Below are positions 54,088-64,000 of a DNA stretch of 64,000 nt, in pieces (within the stretch, counting starts at the first letter, position 1; the number at the start of each line of letters is the position of its first letter). Position numbers and translations under genes: made by a program. Source of the DNA: the human T2T-CHM13v2.0 reference genome, Homo sapiens; the NCBI RefSeq assembly GCF_009914755.1, contig NC_060940.1. One strand, written 5' to 3'. The notes beneath the pieces were generated by a model. It searched no databases and was not told the DNA's origin. It saw nothing but the letters and a program-made list of their open reading frames with translations.

Positions 54088-55245
54088 GTTCTCAAACTTC
54101 TTGGTCGCTGATCTCTTCACATTCTTAAAAATTATTGTTGGCTGACCTCCTGTTGGCAAAGCTAAAGAATTAAATGAGAAAAAAAAAAAAAAAAAAAGAG
54201 CCAGTGCGGTGGCTCACGCCTGTAATTCCAGCACTTTGGGAGGCCGAGGTGGGAGGATCACGAGGTCAGGAGTTCGAGACCAGCCTGACCAACATGGTGA
54301 AACCCTATCTCTACTAAAAATACAAAAACTAGCCGGGCGTGGTGGCTCACGCACCTGTAATCCCAGCTATTCAGGAGGCCGAGGCAGGAGAATCGCTTGA
54401 ACACAGGAGACAGAGGTTGTATCTGTTGTGGTTTACCATATTAGAAGTAAAAACTAAAACATTACAAAATAATAACAATTTATTTAAAATATAATACTTT
54501 CATTAAATGTTAACATAAATAACATCATTTTAGTGAAAAACAACTATACTCCAAAACAAAACATTTTGGTGAGAGGAGTGGCATTATTTTGTATTTTTAC
54601 AAATTTTTAAAAAGTCTGGGCCAGGAGCAGTGGCTCACACCTGTAATCCCAGCACTGTGGGAGACTGAGGAGAAAGGATTGCTTGAGCTCAGGAGTTTGA
54701 GACCAGCCTCGGATTACAAGCATTAGCCATTGTGTCTGGCCCCACTGTCCTATCTTGTACTTTGAATGGATCTTTTACTCATGTGCAATTTTATAACATC
54801 AGTCATTTGGAAAACATTGATTCGCTGAGTTATGCAGATCTTCCAAATGTTGACGCATTCTATTCTATTTTTTTTTTTTAATTACAGACATAAAGATGGC
54901 AACAATAGACACTAGCGACTACTAGAGGGGGAAGGGAGGGAGGGGGGCAAGCGTTGAACAACTAACAGTGGGTACTATGCTCAGTACCTGGGGGGCGAGA
55001 TCATTCCTACCCCAAATCTCAGCATCATGCAGTATACCCAGGTAACAAACCTGCACATGTACCTCCTGAATCTAAAAGTTGAAAAAAAGTTACATTTATT
55101 ACTATCACCACCAATCTTATCAGAAAAGTCTTTAAGAATTGGGTAGCTGTCCATCTCACAATGGTGGATACAAGTGTCTCCAAATTCTAATTTTTGTTTG
55201 AAAGAAAGCTTGAATTTTATAATTGGCAATAAATGCTGTCAAATG
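54088..55245. mobile_element. Charlie1-like hAT relic fragmented by Alus and an L1 3' end (~54885-55085)
   Basis: gttctcaaacttcttggtc..cttaaaaattattg; agtcatttggaaaacattg; caaattctaatttttgtttgaaag; L1 end aacaaacctgcacatgtacctcctgaatctaaaa. Confidence 0.65.
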
Positions 55246-55645
55246 CACTGAGCCCTTCCTGTGCAAACCTCACTTTCCCTTCTAAGAACTCTGGGAGTAA
55301 TAATGACAATTTTCACCATTTATTAAGCCCTTGCTGTATGCCGGACATTTTGCTAAGCAATTTGCCTCTGTTATCTTATTCTCCTTTTCACGATATCCCT
55401 GGGAGGTATTATTTCTCCCATTTTGCAGATGAGGAAACTGAGGTCCAGAGACACTAGTTACTTGCTTAAGGCCACACAGTTAGTGGCACTCCTATATAGT
55501 TTCAGAGTTCCAGAAAAGAACTCTTGGGAAACACCTACTCATCAAGATCTAGCTCAAATGTTACCTCCTTGGGGAAGCCTTATGCCCAAACTGGACAATG
55601 AGAAAACTCACTTACCATTTGTTGAATGGTAGTTTAAAAGCACCA

Positions 55646-56530
<885 letters not shown>

Positions 56531-56678
56531 CACCACCTTCTACAAAAGATTCACAGAAAATGTAGGTAACTTGCCCAGGTTCACACAGCTAGTGAGTGGG
56601 GGATTCCAGATTTGAACTTGGGCCTGTCTTGACTCCAGGCCTAGGCCACTGTCCCCAGACTCATGGGAGATACCAGGT

Positions 56679-57412
<734 letters not shown>

Positions 57413-57525
57413 CCAGGCTCTGCTAAGCACTGAAGGCCATAGTGCTTGTTCATAGCTTCCTTTTAACATCTATTTCCTTGTACTGAAGATATGTGTTCAT
57501 ATCTATGTGAATTATTTGAAAATGA

Positions 57526-59156
<1,631 letters not shown>

Positions 59157-59859
59157 CACTTATATTTTTCATGGCATCCCATTTATGAAGAGACCAGGCT
59201 CCCTATTTTATGTAACGTGGGAATGGATCTTCCTGTTCATCTCCTCTGCTCAGTGTACGGTCTAGCAAGAGCAGACTCTCTGTAGGTGTTTGTTGAATAA
59301 ATGAAACCAATAGTAATGGTTATTAATAACAATCCCAGTAGCCAATTTTTATTGACTATTCTCTTGGCCAGTGTGCTCACGTTAATCTAATTTGAACCTC
59401 ACAGAAATCTTACGCGTTATGACATATTTGTCTTATTCACAGGTGAGGAAACCAAGGCTTAGGGAAGGAAAGTCGCTTGTCTGAAATCACAGCTAGAAAA
59501 GGGGCCAAAACCCAAGGGTGGACCCACTGGCTGGAAAACAGTGCAGTTAGGCAGGGGCCCCTGTTTCTTAATAATGAATGAACCAACGACCCCCAAGGCT
59601 GGTTTGCCCGTGCACACGCACGCACGTGTGCAACACGTAGCACTTGCTGAGTGTTTGCTACTTGCCAGGCCTCATGTCAAGCACTTTACGCGTGCTTTTA
59701 TGCCCTACGTTTTGTTTTTGTCTGTTTTGCTTTTTTCCCCTAATGCCTAGCCAAAGGCGTGGCCCAGGCGCCCAGGCAGGACTTGGGGAGTGAATGAAGA
59801 GTGAACAAATGAATGAATGCGCGGCAACGGGATCTTCATAAACCAGACCCTCCTCGGGG

Positions 59860-60800
59860 ATCTAATGCGAACACTCCCGAGGCCCGGGCCCAGGTACGCT
59901 GAGGGCGGCTCGTGGGCCCCAGGCCGACCTCAGCCCGCGACTCCCGGGCTCCGGGGGCCCAGGTGGCCCCCAGTAGGTGAGGAGCCGGGCCCGCCGGCGC
60001 CTTGGCGTTGCCACCTCTACCTGCCTGCCCTCTCCCCTTCCGGATCCACAGCCAGGCCTCGGCGGGCTCCTGGTGTGCAGCCGCCCGGCCGCTTCCGCCC
60101 GAGGGTCGCGGGGCTCAGAGTCCGGCAGGCTCCAGGCGGGGCAGGGGATGTCCGCGGCCCGGCAGGCGCACGCCCACCTGTCGGCCGCGCAGGCGCAGCA
60201 GCGGGCCGGCCTCCCCGCGCCCCGCGGCGCGCGGCCAGTGCGCAGGCGCGGCGGCCGATGCGAGTGTGTATGTGCGGGCGAGAAGATGGCGGCGGCGGGG
60301 GAAGCAGCGTGAGCAGCCGGAGGATCGCGGAGTCCCAATGAAACGGGCAGCCATGGCCCTCCACAGCCCGCAGGTAGCCGCCGGTCTGCGCCTTCGGCCG
60401 GAAGGGGCCCGAGCCCCGGGCGGGCGGACGCCGCGGCGGGCGGGCGTCCGCGCCCTGCCCGGAGCGAGCGTGTGGGAGTGGGGGAGGGCGCTGGGACACG
60501 CTGCCCGGGCCTAGGCCGGAGCCACCCGCCGCCTCCGCGCCCGCCGCGCCTTCGTCCCCTGAGCCACCCGGACCCCCTAGTCCCGGGGAGGTCGAAGGGC
60601 GGGGGCTCCGGGCCCCGCTTGGGGAGGGCGTGGAGGGCGCCGAAGGGGTTAACCTCCCTGGGGCTGGACCGCGGGGCGAGCCCGGGGTGTGGAGTGGGGC
60701 CCTCCCCGCCGCGCCGGCCGGGGGAGGCGGCCCGGGGGCTCCGGGAGTCCCCTGGAGCGCAGGGGCCCCAGAGCAGCTCAGGTTGCTGCCTCTGCCTGGA
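59860..60800. promoter_or_regulatory. USP10: CpG island / promoter of USP10
   Basis: CpG-dense; NRF1-like GCGCAGGCGC at ~60187 and ~60240, ETS-like CTTCCG at ~60037 and ~60092, YY1 AAGATGGCGGC at 60283-60293. Confidence 0.92.
60353..60373 (+). CDS. USP10: USP10 first coding exon (MALHSPQ); gene continues beyond window
   Basis: gccATGGCCCTCCACAGCCCGCAG|gtagcc; recognised N-terminus of ubiquitin-specific peptidase 10; strong Kozak. Confidence 0.9.
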
Positions 60801-62193
60801 GCGAGCCTCAGAGATTTGGGGGTGCCCTGTTGCCCCTTTGCCCCAAGAGCTTCCTTTCTCAGCTTGATTGATGATGCGGGGGTTGCCGATTTTCTGTTTT
60901 TTAGATAGAAGTAGCAGAGTAGCGGCCTTGGGCTGCTGTTGCAAAGAAAACTCGAAATAAGTCGCAAGGACCGTACTTTCACTTGCGTTTGAGTGACATC
61001 CCTTGCACGAATCCATCCCAGCCAGGCTGACAACTAACGCACCCTGCCTGAACAGTAGCTAAAGCTTAGGGGCCCTTTACAATAATCCCGTGGTGGAAAG
61101 AAAGAGCTCTTTTTGGGAGATGTGCGTGTAGAGTTAAGCTCTTATTCCCCTCTCCCACCCCTTCTCTCACATCTTCTCCCCCCTCCGCCATTATAATTAT
61201 TCTGGACAAAAATCGGCATGATGTATTATTTGTCAGCCTTGCTTTAGACTGCTAATTTGTTGACATCTGGTCCCTATAAATTGTTGCACACTTTTAAACC
61301 ATCTCATTGTGTATTTGTATTAAATATGGGGAAATGAAACAAAGTAGCCATTCGGGAAACTGATTGCGAGTAAAATCATAACCCTTCATGAGCAATTGGG
61401 TTTTGTTGCCCTTCTGCAGATGAAGTCAATCTGACTACACCTCTTTTGAAACATGATTTTCGGAACTATTGTAATGAATGCGTGTTGTGGAATCTAAAAT
61501 GCGAAAACTTTTTAAAAAATTAGATCTTACGACAAGCTTCAATTTTGTTAAATTAGCTGTAGTTTAGTTTGCATCAGAATTTCCCCCTTTAACGTTTTGT
61601 TCCCTTATTCATTTACTTTTGTAAGTAGTGTAGGTCTTTGCGCCAAAAAAGGGATCAGTAGTTGAATAATTTTTACAAATGTATAGCCCAAAGATTTTAA
61701 GAGATTTGGTGTATTTAGCTTTGTTTAGACCTTTCTATTAAAAAAAAAGATTTGATATTTGCTTTTTTCTCAACTTAAATCCTAATTAACTAGCTTATTA
61801 GAATTGGTATGAACAAGTAAAAGGCTCATTATGAATTAATGTGTAATATTCCTTGTGATTTTGACATGAAGAAAGCATCTTTAGGCATAGCTCACTTCCT
61901 TTATTTAATAAGCATCAATCACAATTCAAGGTTGATTGAAATGTTAATTAATGGGGATGGATAATATGTAAACTTAATTGTAATTTCGTTTGCATTCATT
62001 GTCCCAGTATTTACGTTTTATACAACAGTCTAAAGCGTTATACACATCTTTAGAAAATTGGAGTAGCAAAAGTTGGCGGAACGTAAATGTTAGCAACACT
62101 TTGGGTTTATTCTTTTAAAGTATGATTTAAATGCTTTTGAGTTTTAGCATGGAGAAAGTAGCAAAGGAAATAGTTTGATTTCTCATAATTTTC

Positions 62194-62686
<493 letters not shown>

Positions 62687-62966
62687 TAGTTACTGGTTCC
62701 TGCTCCAGTCATTCTGAGCGTTTTAATAAATTTGTTTTATTTGGTTGCCTACTGTCCTAAGAGTCTTGCAGCCTTAATGGCCATTCATTCATTCAGCAAA
62801 TACTGATTGTTTATCAGATATTAAGCGTCATGGTATGTATATTACTTGTTTATGTTGGGAATAACAACTGCAAATTGAAGGTCTTATTTTAAAATTGACT
62901 TGTTAAAGTTAAATTTGTCACTGAGAATAATGGGAGGTGGAAAAAGTTACAGTTTAAAAATGTTTA

Positions 62967-63312
<346 letters not shown>

Positions 63313-64000
63313 TTATAGGTTAATAACCTTATTTCCAAATATTAGAAAGTGTTGGTTGATCCCTGTTACCTGTATTGAAGTGTAATAGTGAAGAATTTGG
63401 AAACATTTTGAGACCGGTAACTCAGCATTTTAGCAAAGACAAATAAATGAACTTTAACAGTTGAAGTGTAGGTCCAAGTGAATATCCTTGTCACTGAGGG
63501 GACCGGTTAAATTATTTGGGGTAATTAATTTGAAGCTGTTAGTTTTGCCTTACACCGAAAAAATATTTGTGATTATTGATGTCATTTATAGTGAAATCTC
63601 CACAATAATGCTTCCTACACCCAATTTGAATGTCATGCAGTTGGCTTCTGTCCTTGTCTGTGCATAGACTCACCCCAGTCTCTTTTTTAGCTTGTAATAG
63701 CAGATCCTCCACATTTTACATGATGGAAAGTCTTGGATTCCCCCTCTAGCATATGGCTGAATGTTACTGTATTGCTGAATATCTGTTTCTAGCCAACAGC
63801 TGGATTAGTGTTAATTCTTAAAAGAGATACATTTTTATTAGAATCTCAAGTAATGAGCAGCTGAAGTAAATACAATTGTTTGAAATGTTGACAGGGCATT
63901 TGGAGATAACAGTTTTCCTTTGCATAGTGACAGCAAGCTATTTAAACATGTCCTAAGAGTAGATGTTTTAAGTTTGTGAGCCAGTGGTCACCTTAGTGGT

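Noticed and set aside
59817-61033. Long ORFs (338-384 aa) over the USP10 promoter
   Set aside because: Same CpG-island artefact; only the MALHSPQ exon is supported

Overview
Human (primate) genomic DNA, recognisable as the KLHL36-USP10 locus (16q24, assigned from protein recognition). It contains the complete KLHL36 gene on the + strand: a CpG-island first exon at ~8.8 kb and four coding exons (63+1074+158+556 = 1851 nt, a 616-aa BTB-BACK-Kelch protein), followed by a long 3'UTR. A repeat-dense intergenic stretch follows (many Alus, MaLR/ERV-L LTRs, a decayed ERV-L integrase/dUTPase region, L1 3' ends, Tigger/Charlie/MER/Ricksha DNA transposon relics). The window ends with the CpG-island promoter, first coding exon (MALHSPQ) and start of intron 1 of USP10. 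I find no novel multi-gene system; nearly all other ORFs in the track are Alu, microsatellite or GC-rich artefacts. The most interesting observations are: (i) two independent cases of templated copying between nearby inverted Alus, one running out into unique flank; (ii) a recurring set of 40-220 bp direct duplications 1.2-2.4 kb apart; (iii) strong-Kozak uORFs in both 5' leaders; (iv) in-frame alternative splice sites that would remodel the KLHL36 Kelch propeller. Repeat subfamily names come from motif recognition and repeat boundaries are approximate.
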